From Podarcis melisellensis (lineage: Eukaryota), in the NCBI GenBank assembly GCA_964234715.1, contig OZ174281.1: a DNA stretch of 64,000 nucleotides; one strand, 5' to 3'. The translations under genes and the position numbers were made by a program. Shown piece after piece: positions 38,579 to 52,964 of the stretch. Each line of letters starts with the position of its first letter. Within the stretch, counting starts at the first letter, position 1. The notes below the pieces were generated by a model. It worked only from the letters and a program-made list of their open reading frames with translations, had not been told where the DNA came from and ran no database searches.

Positions 38579-41500
38579 CTGAACAACAGACAGGAAGGAG
38601 AAAAGGGAATGCTGAACACAAGCAACAATTTTACCCGTGCTTCTGATTATGTAACTCTAGCTCAAGTATTAATTTCCTTAGCATACTAGCAAGCCAGTTT
38701 AATGAAAGTGTAGCTAGTATGCGAAACAGGACGAGTGCCCTTCTAATCCTGCTGAAAAAACAGGCAATTTTCTGTTCACTGGAAATGATGGGGTTTCTTT
38801 CACCTTGGGAGACCAACTGCCATCATTGGAGCAGAAGATAAGCCATGAAATTTCATCAATCCTGGGGGAAGGGATGAAGAAGTTTGCCATTAAATTTAAA
38901 GTAGGTAACATCTTGAGCTTACTTATGTCACTTCCTTCATATTTTGAGCCTGTCCAGTAATGGAATTGCATCCCTAAAGCCATATGTTAGAACTAGGCAA
39001 GGAAGTCTAACAGTTAGGGAAGGAAGTCTAACACTGAAAGTCATCAATGATAATTTGAAGTAGCTGCTTAAATTTCTACAGTTTTTTAATTGAAAAAATG
39101 GTTATGAAATGTCAGGTATCACCCCTAGGAGGCACTATTACACAATACAAATACATTTATCACGAACAAAACACCATAATAATATCTCTTTTCTCACATC
39201 ATCTTTTAAAATAGCATGGCTGGGCCACATTTGCTCACAAAAATGTATGAAGTGTGCATAAGGCTACAAGTATGAACACAGAACTATATTTCATTGCCAA
39301 TATATGTGCTGCTTTCTCATACTACAGAAATTATTGCAGCCATCCTTATGTTATGTTAGGCATATTAAATGGACATGAACTTTCAAATTCTCTCTCAGCA
39401 AAATGATGAACCAAGGAGAAAACTATTCTATGGCATGAATAAACCTTATAACATTTGTGGTAACTACTTCAAATCCAGTTCCATCAAGGAATTTCTTTGA
39501 CATTTCTTCTTTGGTTTGATTAAGTAAACTATATATTTTCTGGACTAGTTAATGGTTGAAACACTGGGATGCAGATGCACCAGAGACATACACTCGGCAA
39601 ATCTAAAGGAACTGCCTTCTCTGTATGTATCACTTCCATGCACTCTTTTCAATATCTGTGCCACACAAACATTTCCTCAGAACAGAGTGCTTTCTGTTGT
39701 GGCACACTGTGAAACGTTCTCTTTTAAGAAATTCTATCAAGCCAAGAACTTAAATGGGTAAAGGCCACTCTAAATAAGATTCTGAGCTAAACTGAAATTT
39801 GGATTTTTATTTTGTTTTCTTTGATTTGGCCAATTGCTATCGATTTATACTTTTTATTGATAATTTTGTGGGGGGTTTTTTTTTGCTTCGGCTACTTTGG
39901 CTTTTTCATTTTATTTTGCTGTGTTGTTGTTTTAATGATATGTTGTAGCCGCCTTTAGTTGTTTTACAAGTAAGGCGGAATACAAAATTTTAAAAGAAAA
40001 AAAAATGATGAATACTTACAAGAAGCCTTCTTATTCTCATAAGGCCAAACAAGAACAGAAATAGGGGGTGCTCCTTTTGATAGTACAAGATATAAAATAT
40101 TAGATTGTTATTCAGAAATATTTGTAGATGCAAAGTTCTCCATCTAAATTTTGTTTTTCGTATCTGCTGTAATTTTATCAACAGATATTATATTCACAGT
40201 TCTTGCTCCCATCTTACCTTAGATCTCAAGAACTAAACACAGCTGCCAAAGAACATCTTTCTTCCACAGATAGAGCTCTAAAAGTGAAACCCAGCTAGTA
40301 CCTGATATCAGCTGACAGTAATGTAAAAAGGCAATAAATTTGATTCTTTTGTGCATTTTTATTTAAAAAAGAGAGCATAAAAGGTCCCTATAAATGAATA
40401 GTAAAAATACTTAAAGAAGACAATCAATAAAGCTTTCAGATTATTTTATAAAAGGATGGATGAGCTGGGAAGTGTTTCAAAAGCACAAAAAAGAAACTCC
40501 AATTTTGTACAGGATCAGAATAATGTTAATCAGAAACGGCAATCAATTAAATACTCCTAAACAATTCCCCCTCCCCCCGTGTAGATATGTGGCTGTGATA
40601 GGCCTCAGTGGAAACAAACATTTTTGTACCACATAAAAAAGCCAGATTTTCTGTATGTTGATTACTTCCCTCAGTCATACTTCAAACAAACTCTCTCTTA
40701 TGTCTAAAACAATTACTCTCTTTAGCTAACTCTTCAAAAAATAATACTTTTTGTGTTGTACTCTGCATGCTGCACTAACAAATAAGCTTAAGGTTACTGA
40801 AATTCCATTTACCTAGGATCATAAGATGCACTCAAGTTAGAATCATATGACAACAAACTGTTTGATTTCTTCTTGGGGAATAGACTGTGCCCTCTACATT
40901 AGTGAAGTATATTATTTAATACAAGTTAACCTCAGCACCTTGAAGAGTTGGCATCCAAATCATGGCCTCTTGAGCCAAGGAGGAATAAGAAGGGCTCTCT
41001 TCAAGTTAAGCAATGCAAATAAATTTACTTGAAGAGCTTGCAAGTGCCCCCTGTTCTCTCAAAAACTTCTTTCAGTCTTCCTCAGTTCTAAGGGACACTC
41101 TTGGGCCCTTCTGGCAAGGAACAAGAGACTAAAAAGTGAACTTGGAACTCTCATATGAAATCCAAGTTATTTAAGGCACAGTGCCAGCCCCAAAGCAGGC
41201 GTTTTGTTCCTCCATCACACTTACGTGCTGTCGGAAAACTGCTTTCAATTAAAGCCAATTGGCTAATCTGTTGTACTTTGTTTTCAAGAAAAAATTAAAA
41301 AATTGTCCTCAATGGATTCTTATATTGCCATGCGATCACATCTGCTCTGGACTTTTAAAATCAAACTAACGTGAGAGAGGGGAAAATATCAACCTTCTTG
41401 TTATTTAGAAACATAATAATTTTGTCAGTGTATTTAAATAAAAATGTCATCAACGCTTAAGCACAACATTCAAAACTTGAATCAGAAAGTTCGGAGTTTT

Positions 41501-41683
41501 CTCCTGGAGTTTCCAATCAATTTACAGTGGATGAAGCTCAAGTGCTGATTCAAATTCTCACACAGTTCAAGGTAGTATTACATCTGGGTTTCAACACAGC
41601 ATTTCATTATCCTCTCATTGTTGTGGAGCTGTTGTGTCTTTACCCATCAACCAGTGTCGAAAATTATCTACCACGCTACTTAC

Positions 41684-41826
41684 AAGTGATCTGGAGCTCT
41701 GCTTTGTAGGTGGCAGGAACTGTCGAACATTGGTTGGTGTTTCCTTTTCAATGGAATGTCGCCTCTGAGGTGGCTGTCTCCTCTCTGGCTGTGGTGTGGA
41801 TGATATTGGCAAGAATTTCGGAGGCA
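41684..41826 (-). CDS. SPIRE1: SPIRE1 exon 12 ([48 protein letters not shown])
   Basis: tttatag / gtaagt; 143 nt. Confidence 0.96.
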
Positions 41827-43210
41827 CTATAAATTCAATTAGCATCAATTAGTTCTAAGTAACAGTTTACTTTGCTAATAATCAGACATTTTCTTTTAAG
41901 AACAGGACCGATGACATCAAAGGAACCCAATCCTATTGTTCTACTCAGACTGTGGTGATGCTTTAATAAGTGGAACTGCATCAAGTGTTGAACACAATTT
42001 TCAGTGTATTTATTATGGTGGTAAATTTATAAAAATGATTCCAAGTCAGCTTCCAAGCCAAAATCTAATAAAATTCTTCTATATTTATTTTAACACCTTC
42101 ATGGGAAGATAACAAAAATGTGAGCTAAGGTTTCTTTATAAACCACATACCTTTGTGTGAAATCAACCCAGAGTGAGGCTAAACTATTTCCCCAACAATT
42201 CAGGAGGTTAGTTGACCTAATGATTTAACTCCCTTACTCAATCCACATCTAAACCACTACATTGCAACATTTCTTCACTACATCGGTGGTTGCTATAAAG
42301 ATACAGCCTCAAATAATTAACATATGTACAATTGTACAGACTGTTAGCTGTATTTTCTAATATGGCTAAAATGATTTCTTGCTTCATTATACCCCATCCC
42401 TACAGATTCACATGACTACCAGTGGATTTTGCTACAGCAGGATTCTACAACTAATGAGTAGAAATATTTGGCATTGCTCCCTAGTAATCACAACCTCATC
42501 TGAAAGTGTGAAGAGCTTTTTTTAAAAACGACCATGGAATTACAAAAGCATAATCCTCCCCTCTCCGCAGGCATCACTCTTAATGTTTTGACCTCAAAAG
42601 AGCACATTTGTAGCTACCCCATAAATGAAAGAGGGCATATGCCAACACAGCTGTTTTGATAGAGGTGATACACAAGTGTGTTGCTCAAACACTCCTCATA
42701 TGGCCAGTACAAATCTATAGAATCACAGGAGGCCATGAGGATTTCAGATGTTCAAGACTTAAAGGTTGATGCAAAGGTTGTCAAGTCAAATCAAGTAACC
42801 TTTGTTGGCATCACATAAGAACATTCAGAATACATTCAGAATAGATAGGCCAGTATGATCTCGTCGCCACCCCAACGGCACAGCAAAGGTTGTCAATAGA
42901 TCCTGAAGTATCACACCTGTATTTTCCTTTAGACTGTTCCAGATCAGACTCCCTGGACACCAGGACTTTCCTTTTTTGCCAATTATTGTTATTTATTTTA
43001 CAAATTATTACAAATCATTACCAAATTAATTCAACTTAAAATAATTTTCTACAACTGGTTTCCTGCTCTCCTTATGAGATATGTCTAAGATAGGCCCATG
43101 TTGCTGTGTAAGTTTCCTTTAACTTAGTGAATTGGGTGTCCCTTCCTGGAGTCATCTGCTCCTAGAAGTTCCTACTGTACTGCACACTTTTTCAAAGGTT
43201 GGATTCTTAC

Positions 43211-43301
43211 CCTTTTTCCCAGATATGGTCTCTGGAAATGTATCTTCCATTTGGGAGGGAGAAATACTACTGCTGCTGGGTGATTTCTGTACATACTCCT
43301 C
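43211..43301 (-). CDS. SPIRE1: SPIRE1 exon 11 (EEYVQKSPSSSSISPSQMEDTFPETISGKK)
   Basis: cttctag / gtaaga; 91 nt; phase 0-1 fits both neighbours. Confidence 0.88.
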
Positions 43302-45785
43302 CTAGAAGAAAGAAAATAGGTCATTTAGATATTCTTGTTGATCAATTGCTTCCACTTTAAAAAGCAGACAACATCTGCAATACTTTATTTAACAAGTTCC
43401 AATTAAAAGAAATGCTTTAGCATTTCTACATTCTAGTTATTAGCAAACTTTTCATGTGCCATGATCAGAGTTTTTATCAACACAAGGTACTGAAAAACAC
43501 TAGTATATATAAACATTGGATCACATTAATAAAAAATATTGCTAGAAGACAACAGATTACAAAATCTTGTGGTTGTCCCCCCCCCCAACACCTTTGCTCA
43601 TGTACCTCTTTGCTCTGTTTCCATAAATTTTCTTATGTATATACTCAACAAATATTACTTTTATTCATTTGAATTTAGAATAGAGTTTGCAGCTTACATA
43701 CTTATAAAGTATAACATGATTACTTAGCTGGTATTTCTACTCAATATAGCATTTTTCCTATTTCTTTAAATTGTATTGGTAATTTACTTTCAATTTATTA
43801 TAACATGAAATTCAACCTAAGGTCGTATTTACATTATATACAATCCAAGCTGTATTCTCCTGGCTATAAGCATTGAATAAATCACTGTCCCCGGCCAGTA
43901 ACAGGAGCTTCACATTTTTCTTTTATGGCATCTTCTTTCAAAAATGGAATTTCAAGTTAAATAAGCTGTAGCTCAGAAATTACACTCAAGCCCTTTCACT
44001 GATTGCTGCTATTGTTTAAGTACTTTATCACCAAATCATGACATGGCATGGTGGAAATTTGCACGTCCATATTCCAAAGCAAACTCACTTGATACACAAA
44101 AATTTCTGTGCAGGTCATAACGTGGTTCTCTTTGGAATCCAGATCCACAACAAATACTACAAGGTGGTTCAAGAGCTTCATTTTTAACTTTTTTTAAAAA
44201 GGTACAAGCCATTCTGAGCAGCTACAAAGTACAGCTCCTGTTGCATGGATTAAAAATGGAGCTGCAAAGGCCCCCGGAACAATAGTTTGTGATTATGTGG
44301 CATCACTGAAGAAAATTATATGGCAGGGGGTGGGGATGGCATGATTGTCCCTATGGGTTGAAACACATTTTTTTTTAAAAAAAGTGAAATCGGCATAAAC
44401 CAAATTTGAACTATCTATCCATCTGTAATCAAGACTTCTATGTCAGGACTTTAGAGAAGAGAGCTGTAATTAATTCAGTTTCTGTTTAAGTTAAATAAGA
44501 GTTAACTTTAACTGAGACACTTCTTGTTAGCATTATATATAAACAGCGTTAAAACCTTGATGATTTTATCATAATGCATTTTGTAATAAAAATATTCTGG
44601 TACTGTAAGTTTGCCTGTTCCAACTCCTCAGTAGCTGAGGGTGGGGTGAGAAAGAGGTGAATGCTTCTGTGACAAGCATGCCTGACCTGGAAATTTTTAT
44701 AGGCATCAGGAATGCTACCTGGCTGACTGGTGCATGGAAGTTTACCTGCTTGATGGCGTGTCTCCTTGCAATTGCCTTGTTAGCCAAACAAACTGAATCC
44801 CCATAGAACATCCCTTAAGTCGCCTGTTCAAGTATTGCTTTGACCTTGAGTCCTAGCAAAGGTTCACGGAAACCTACTTAGGTTTTGTTCACCAAATTTT
44901 AGAACTGGGTTGTTAATCTTAAAAGGAAATGTGGAAAACCTCACATTTTGTCAAGACTGATTCATTACTTGTTTTATTTAGGGGAGGGGATACAGCATTA
45001 TAACCCAACTGTAAGGTATCACTGAATACAGACAAGAGCAAAAAGAAGGTTGAACTCTGATAGACTTGTGACAGATAGAAACTGTTACTCTACAAGAAAT
45101 GCTATGTGCTGTTATTCAGCCTGAGCTTCCAGAATTTGGAAGGGCCATAAAGTTCCCTGGGACTAGAACAATCAGACAAAACCATGCCAGCACTCCCAAA
45201 GAAACCAAACATGGACAGGCAAATACTGCAGTGCCTCCTCTTCACTCAAGAGTTTAAAGAATGTGCAGTGCTGGGCACAGGAATCACATGCAACTTATTG
45301 AAAGATCTTGCACAGCCCAAAGTCTCTCTCGTCTCCACTCTAGTTCCTGAGCCACCAACCTTCAAGGGATGCAGGGCCACCAGCTTTGCTGAGAAGCCAG
45401 ACACCTCCATATGATCATCATCTGACAGCGGCCATTCCACAAGGCAGAAGGGAAGAGAAGGGATATAGACCAGTTCATTGGCAGAACTGAGAGACCAATA
45501 ACTTTGGCTACACCTGTTCTTGAACTTCTTCTACCCCCCCCCCCAATGATTATTAGAGTAACTTGTAACTTAAACCTAAGTTTGCTTATTTCCTTCTCCC
45601 TTAGTCCTTTTCCTTTTTGTGTCATGTCTCTTTAGATTTTAAGCCTGGGGGCAGGAACTTGCTTGTATTGATCTCTAATTGCTCTGCAAAATATAATACC
45701 TTGAACAAAAAAAGTCTGACAAAATAGAAATTAATCAACAAAAATGTAAATCCAGAAAAGAGGTTCAGACCAGCCAGCACCTTAC

Positions 45786-45952
45786 CTCTGAATCTGAGCT
45801 ATCCAGTTCAGCCAAAGTGGGAGCTTTCAAAAGTCTCTTCCGTTGTACTGTCAACTTAGTAGCACCAATGCCATTCACCTTTGCTTCTGATGAAAAGCTG
45901 CCATTCTGACAGCTTTCTGAAAGATTTTTGGAGGCCTCTGGTGTTGATACAT
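45786..45952 (-). CDS. SPIRE1: SPIRE1 exon 10 ([10 protein letters not shown]...[20 protein letters not shown]; myosin V binding GTBM region)
   Basis: ccctag / gtaagg; 167 nt; conserved [16 protein letters not shown]. Confidence 0.95.
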
Positions 45953-46351
45953 CTAGGGGGGGAAAGAGAAAAATTATTGTGGTGGCACAGTAGAAAAGTG
46001 TACTCCACTTATACTGTACTTGTTTCTCACAGCGCAATTAATACTGAAGTTTCACAACTGTGAAATTTATCTCTTTTTTCTATAAAATTACAGACACTGG
46101 AGTGCAATGTGGATGTGATGCAACAGAAAAGCATTAGTGGATCTGAGGAGGAAGGGAAGCATGTGACGTTCACAAATGTACTTTCAAAAACCTGATCTCA
46201 TTCAAATTATAAACTTATTTGTGTTTCTAGCAGATAACCCTTTGCTCAAAGTTCAATAAAACCAATAAAATGTTAAAACATGGGGGGCACTTTTGCCCAT
46301 GTGAACCCTCCTGTACCTCTACTAGACTTCAGTTGTGCTGAAAGGTACCTA

Positions 46352-46480
46352 TGTCAGTAGAGCCCGAGACTCTTAATTCCAGGGTTGTGGGTTCCAGCCC
46401 AATGTTGGACAAAAGATTCCTGTGCAGGGGGTTGGATTATATGACCCTCATGGTCCTGTCCAATTCTATGATTCTATGAC
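46352..46480 (+). mobile_element. tRNA-Lys-derived SINE, second copy
   Basis: AGTAGAGCCCGAGACTCTTAATTCCAGGGTTGTGGGTTCCAGCCC...TTCTATGATTCTATGA. Confidence 0.7.
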
Positions 46481-46517
46481 CTATTTTTCACTCTCTGCCC
46501 AAATGCATATTCTGAAT

Positions 46518-46520
<3 letters not shown>

Positions 46521-46567
<47 letters not shown>
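46521..46567. repeat. (CA)n microsatellite
   Basis: Directly visible. Confidence 0.97.
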
Positions 46568-46569
<2 letters not shown>

Positions 46570-47227
46570 CCCTTCATGGGGTGAAGCAAGTGCCTACTGT
46601 CAGATCCACATGGCCGGAGGGCAACAGGGAAGCAAACAAGGCTACTAGGTTGGGAAACCACCCCTGATACTTCTGCCCCCTGCCCAAGAATCCTTGAAAA
46701 TCAAAAGACTTTGAGCTCCAGCAACTGCTCTGCAATTATAAACTAAAAAACTGAAGGTCTCCGACCTGATGCACATGGGCACCAAGGAAGGCTTGGGAGG
46801 GAGTCAGGTTCATGATTTCTGCTTACGGAATATCCCAGGCCCTGATTGGATGGGTGTTGTAAATAATCTATTCCAATTATATAAATCTGTGCTTCTATTT
46901 TTAGAGGCAAATCTACTTTGATTTTGTGAAACTGTGGATAAACAAATCATCCATCCAATATTGCTAAAAATAGTTTTAGCATATCAGCAGCCAGCTACTT
47001 ACACCTTGCAGAACCCAAAGGAAATTCACAAGGAAACATACACGCAAAGAGAAAATATAACAAAAAGAAAAGAATAAAGCTCAAGGATAGCTTGAAATGC
47101 ATTTTACCAGACTATTTTTTGGTCACATTTGTAAGTATTTTGCAACTGATATGTAGTTGGGAAAAAACATTTGTTTTTTACCGTTAAATAATTCTATTAC
47201 CACTTAAGATATAGATTTTAAAAAAAC

Positions 47228-47735
47228 AGGAGTCTTGTGGCACCTAACACATTTTTGTGGACAACAGCCAACAGATGCACGAAGGGAGCTAAGGGAGGAG
47301 GATTCTAAACAGTGAAGTGCAAGGAAAATGATATGCAGGTAAGTGCAGACTGTGATAGTTATGCTATTTCCACCATCCTTTGCTTTCCTTCGACTTCACG
47401 CTTTACATTCCTCTTCCCTGCCAAATGTGTGTATGTACCGTATATGTGCACATGCATGTGTATGTGTGTGTGTATAGATAAACATACAGACACAACTGCA
47501 GGTAACATTTGATGAAGAGGACTAGTCTATGGAAGTTTATGGGGGATTGCTATGGGTTTCTTATGTTCTTGTTCTTGTTTTTATTATGTGTTTTGTGTTT
47601 TTATTTTGTATTTTGTATTTTAATGCGGTGAACTGTCCAGAGAGCTTCTGACAAAGAGCATCAAACAAACAAACATAAAAATGAATTTGTTAGGTATTTA
47701 AGGTCCCACAAAACACTCTATTGTTTTTGCTGCAA
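47228..47735. mobile_element. Old Penelope-like remnant with inverted ends
   Basis: GAGTCTTGTGGCACCT near 47230 is roughly inverted to TAAGGTCCCACAAAACACTC near 47700; decayed hammerhead-like TGATGAAGAGGACTAGTCTATGGAAGTTTA at ~47510-47540. Confidence 0.4.
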
Positions 47736-49173
47736 GACACTTGTATCCCTCTGTCATATGATATATATCCCTACCGTTTCCCAGCTTTTAGTTATCTCAA
47801 GAGAATCAAGGCCACAATGTCTTCAGACCAGTAAAAAATAGAATAAAATATTGGAAGCAACTGCTTATAACCAATTTTCAGACTGAAAATAATTCAAACA
47901 GACGGTAAAGGGCAACTAACTTAAATTTACAGCAAAAAATACAGCTAGCTATTTGATCTCTCACACACCACAAAATTACTGTAAATACAGGGCTTTTAAA
48001 GGCTGTTTTTTGTCAGTATAAACTCTGAAATGATAATTAATTAATTCAATGCAGATTAATTTAGTCAGACAAATGGGAAGCAATAGCAGTTACTTCCAGT
48101 GTCAGGCAGCAATTCCAAGACAAACAGTAGCCTGGCTGCAGAATATACATTTCTCATCTTGCCAAGATGGAAAAATAGCTATCAAATATCACAGGCTGCA
48201 ATCTTTTTTGGAAAACTGCTAAGTTGGATCTCTTTATAGTGCAATCCTATACATGTCTACTCAGAAGTAATCCATTTGTTTTCACTGGGGCTTATTCCTA
48301 GATAGGTATGCATAAGAGCCTTAATGCTATGACATTTTGTATCAGTTTCTACTACTAATGTGTAAAGAAAGATAATACAAAACCAAAATGGAATTCACCT
48401 TTTCTTTCTAGGTACAGATTACTGTGCTTACCAAATGAATCAAAGAGAACATAAATTATATATGAACATGAGCAATCATGTACCCATATGCTGTTTGTGT
48501 TCAAGAGCAGCTTTCATTGGAAAAGGCAATTAGAACAGATGCTTAGGATTTTTAATATGCTGTTTTCCTAGATATGGGTACAATCTGGAGATGACAGGAA
48601 AATAAAAATAAGTCACAAGGTGATTTAGGGATTATCCAGACTTCCTCTTCCAGGCACAACTCTGGACTTTAAAGCGCTCTGTGTGCAGAAAACCTATTGT
48701 TGTTTGCCCCGATTCAGTGGTAAAATGCAGGTTTGGACACAGAGCTTTAAAGTGCTGACCTGTGCCTAGAAATGTGGCACAAAAGGAATTGTGGACGAGC
48801 CCTTAGATAAGAATGATTGTGTGGCTAGTCCATACTTAAACATGTTGCTAGTTATAACTTGAAAAAGACAACTTCAAAGCTAGGGTTATGAATTTGACTT
48901 GTTTCAATAAACCATGATTTACGATTAACCACGTCAATGTAACCCCAGATGCTGCTAATCAAAATCAAAATTAAAAACAACTGATGTCCTCTGTGTGGCT
49001 ATGCTGGAGTAGCAGTAGGGTGGCTGGGTGGAAAAGAGGACAGGGCACCAGCACTTCTAGAAGAGAGAATTTCATTATAGCTAAACCTGCTGGAATTCCT
49101 TCTTCTTGAAAAGGAAAATGTTATGGATAGTTGTAGCCCAGAGCTTCTACACCTTACCAAATTAATCTGTGGA

Positions 49174-49399
49174 GGACGGAAGCCTATTAGAGAAGAAAAG
49201 GAATTGGGATTCAAGAATAGGGTGACATAAATCTGTATATAAGAACATACGGATTTATGGTTGCATGTATGCTTTTTGTATGGTTTTTTCATTTTTTTCC
49301 TTTTTTCCTTGATGTTGTCATTTTATTATTTTGGTTATTTTATTGTCTGTGTTTGTTCATCAAGTAAGAAAACAAATAAAAAGCAAAATAAAAAACACA
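49174..49399 (+). mobile_element. 5'-truncated L1/Tx1-type retroposed 3' end
   Basis: Exact 16-bp direct repeat CAAATTAATCTGTGGA at 49158-49173 and 49400-49415; T-rich body, AATAAA and an A-rich tail. Confidence 0.75.
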
Positions 49400-51432
49400 C
49401 AAATTAATCTGTGGAAATGATGTTTGTCTCCCTAGGCATAACTATGTTCACAATCCTAGTCATGAAAACCTTTGTCCTGGTTTCTTCTGTCATTCTCCTT
49501 GATGACCAAGTAATTGATTATCAAGGAAATTAGAAGTCTCCTCTTTCAATAAACTGCACTAGATGGTGAGTAGGCAGAAGTAGGGAGGACCATCTATTTC
49601 TTAGTTAACATTATGTCTTTGATCAAATCTTAGGAGAAATCCTAGTTCAGGCCTTTTCATTTAAAGATAAAATTCCTGATTCAATTAAGTAGCTGAATAC
49701 CAGGAATTGTGCACTGATATTAAAGAATCTGTTCCTAATTTTCTTAATTTCCATAAACGGCTTCCTCTGTAACCTCCCTGTTAGTAGACAGTGGGTTCAG
49801 AGAATAAGAGTTATCGTTTCCTCTGAAAATAGTTCCCTGGTGGGATCTTTGTTAAATTATTAATTACTGAATCCTCTTTGCACAGCTGGTCGAAACATCA
49901 AGTAATTTATTTGAACCATTTCAAGATCAATTGAATAACTGCTTCAGCTTCAGACTTAAAAAGTATTTAATTTACAAGCTCTATGGAAGTGGATTTCCAG
50001 TTACATTTTGGGGGATCGGATAATCAAAGAATAGCTGGGTTAGGGGAACAATCCATCTCTCCCTCAGCTCTTCTATCTTCTAGTTAGAACTGAATTCAAA
50101 CCAAAATAAAATGGGCAGCACTTCACATACATAAATAAAATTGCATATAATATGAAATACATTCCCTGTCACCCTCTTTTACATAAAACCACTGAAAGCA
50201 GCGCTTTTAAGCTAAAAACAGAAACAAACAAAAAACCTTCCTCTCCCAACACTTCTGTCTAGCCAGCTGCTAAAACTGACCAGAAATATCAATTAGAAGG
50301 AATGTCTAGATTTAAGAGGTGAGGAAAATGTGAACAGCAAGCATGACCAATGTAGTAACATATTATGATTAAAGTTATTATGATTAAAGTCAGTGGCTCC
50401 ATAGGCATCCCTATGTTCCTCTAACACACATTGGCACACACCAAGAGATGGAACAGGTCTTCTGGAGGAAACCAAGTATGGCAGCAAAGGCTTAAAGCAA
50501 CACCTTCCTGGAGGGTAAATGTCAGAAACCTGAGGGAACTGTAGTGGTTACAGGGTGGGAGATAACTCTCAGATGGGAGAACTGGATGGACTCACTTTCC
50601 TTCCTGTTGCACCCACTCACTAGTTCACACAAATTCAATAAAAGGTGGCTAGCGTGCACCGCCTCCCCTTTCTGGTGGCAAAGGCAGCCTCATGGAACAG
50701 GCTTCTACTGGAAGGTTTGATGGGCCATGAGATTTGACTCCCTATCCATAGTGCTTCCTCCCCCAAAAACATTCCAATTTATACAAGGGAGATTTCATAA
50801 TAAAAATCAGTATAACCAGTATAACCAGGCTGTGAAGTATAATCCAGGCTGTGAAAATTACACAGCCACATATGTTTTTGGCTAGTGGCTTGTCCACTGT
50901 TGAAGGACTAATGTAGAGTTGTGGTTCTGTGGCAACCTGTTGGAAGTATAAATAAAACAGGGGCCTTTTAAAACCAATGGTCCTTGTTCCATCTGCATGT
51001 GCAGACTAATCTTCATGCCCTTGATCTTCCCAAGAGTCTATCTGATAGTTGACACACTTTGGTGTCACCTTCAACAACAGGATTATGAAGAGCAGCTGCA
51101 ACTCTTTTCAGCTCTTGATAGAGATGAGACCTTCCATTACTTACAGCCTCCTTATTTACTCAGTCCTCTTTACTCAAAACATTGACCTCTACTGCTGCTC
51201 AGACCATCTCAAAATGCTTCTTCATCCACATGTCCACTCTGACTTTAAGCCCTTGTTTCCTGTTACAACCCTTCCTCCAGTTCTACCAATCTTCTGCACT
51301 TTATTTCCTTCCCTTCCTTTCTTGCCCCCTACTCTCAGTTTTAAGACAGTAAGTTCCTTGTAGGTAGAGACTTGGCTGTTCTTTACAAATGAAACTCTAA
51401 GGTGTCACGTATAGCAATGGTACTGCATAAAC

Positions 51433-51935
51433 CAGAGGTGTGCAACCTTTTTGGGTCCATGGCTCTTTGACCAACTACATTCTTTCTGTGGCACCCCTGT
51501 ATGGCTCAGGAGCCCAGTTATATCACCCCTTGCCTGCAAAGCTGGCAGCCACTCACCACATTTTGAACACCCCCCTAGTGGAGTGTTCATCAGCCTCCTC
51601 TCTTCCCCCGTCTCCTTGGGAGTCCTCTGGGCAGCTGCAGCTACCATCACTGGTCTCTGAGCTGCTCCTCCTGCCCCAAAGAGAGATGCCTCCTCTCACT
51701 GCCCCACAGGGGCCTGAGAAGCACCCCCGGCCAGCCCCAGAGGCACCATTTGCCTGGAGAGATTGTAGCCAGGGCTGCTGCAACAAACAGCTGTGCAAGC
51801 CTTTGGGAGGCAGAAACATGAGAGGGCATCAGAGGTAGGAGGGAGGGAAAGAAGAACAGAGACCAGTGTTGCCCATGGCACCCCTGATTATCATTCAAGG
51901 CACCCCAGGTTGCCATGGCACACAGGTTGAAATAA
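51433..51935. mobile_element. Possible hAT-type non-autonomous DNA transposon
   Basis: GC-rich 0.5-kb island starting CAGAGGTGTGCAACCT and ending CACAGGTTGAAA (degenerate inverted termini). Confidence 0.4.
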
Positions 51936-52753
51936 TTATAGTGATAGTGATGAAAATAACAGAGCCTAATTCACAAACAAAAACTATACTTAAACTATTT
52001 GGACAAACATTGTAAAAATAATACAAATAAGACTACTGCTCTCCTTTTTGAGGGATTCCCTATTTGTAAACATCAAATCATCAGACAAAACAAGCAGGGA
52101 AGTTGATTATGATGAAAGCACCAATTAACATGGAAGCAAATGGAAATATTCATTTTTAAACAATTGAATAAAACACACACATACAGCAACACAGTTAAAG
52201 AAAACTCCTGAATACAGCCTATTCTTCCTTAATCCAAAATCATCATAACTGAAGCTTGTGCTGATCATGTGCTAGCCCACTTCTATCCACAAACTCCTCA
52301 ATTTGCTCCCCAAAAGCACAACTCAGAGGAAGGTTCAGAATTCAGATGATAAAGTACCAACATCACATTTCTGTGTGATGCACATGCCTGCCTGTATAAA
52401 ACTTTTTAAACAGAAACAGAAAAGCAAAAGCTCTTTAGATAATATTCAAATCCAAAGCATGGTTAAAATCTGTAACATGTTAAATAGTAAATCTACAGCA
52501 TATTAATGTATTAGTGTGAAAGGTTATGGGTCAGATCCAACATATTACAAGTGGGTGTCCATTTGTGCAACAGGATTTCACCTCCCTTTCCTCCCCACAG
52601 CAGCCCCTCTGGAGCAGATTTTGGGGGCATGCAGGGGGGCTGAAATGGGGAGAAGAGAAACACAAAGCATTGTTGTGCAAGCAGGCAGATATCACTGGAT
52701 GTCACCCTGTTTAATGTAGCACATATAATTTTAGTAATAGAAAAAAGAGAGTA

Positions 52754-52964
52754 CAGTGGTACCTCTGGTTACGAACTTAATTCATTCTGGAGGTCCGTTC
52801 TTAACCTGTGGTACCACTTTAGCTAATGGGGCCTCCTGCTACTGCTGCTGCTCCGTCAGTGCACAATTCTGTTCTCATCCTGAGGTAAAGTTCTTAACCC
52901 GAGGTACTACCTCCGGATTAGTGGAGTCTGTAACCCGAAGTGTTTGTAACTCAAGGTACCACTG
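52754..52964 (+). mobile_element. Tc1/mariner-type MITE (copy 3, internally deleted, 211 bp)
   Basis: Same TIRs and TA flanks; shares CACTTTAGCTAATGGGGCCTCC with copy 1. Confidence 0.85.

Noticed and set aside
51405-51916. Cluster of overlapping ORFs on both strands
   Set aside because: GC-rich interior of a probable non-autonomous DNA transposon; no exon signals in phase with SPIRE1.
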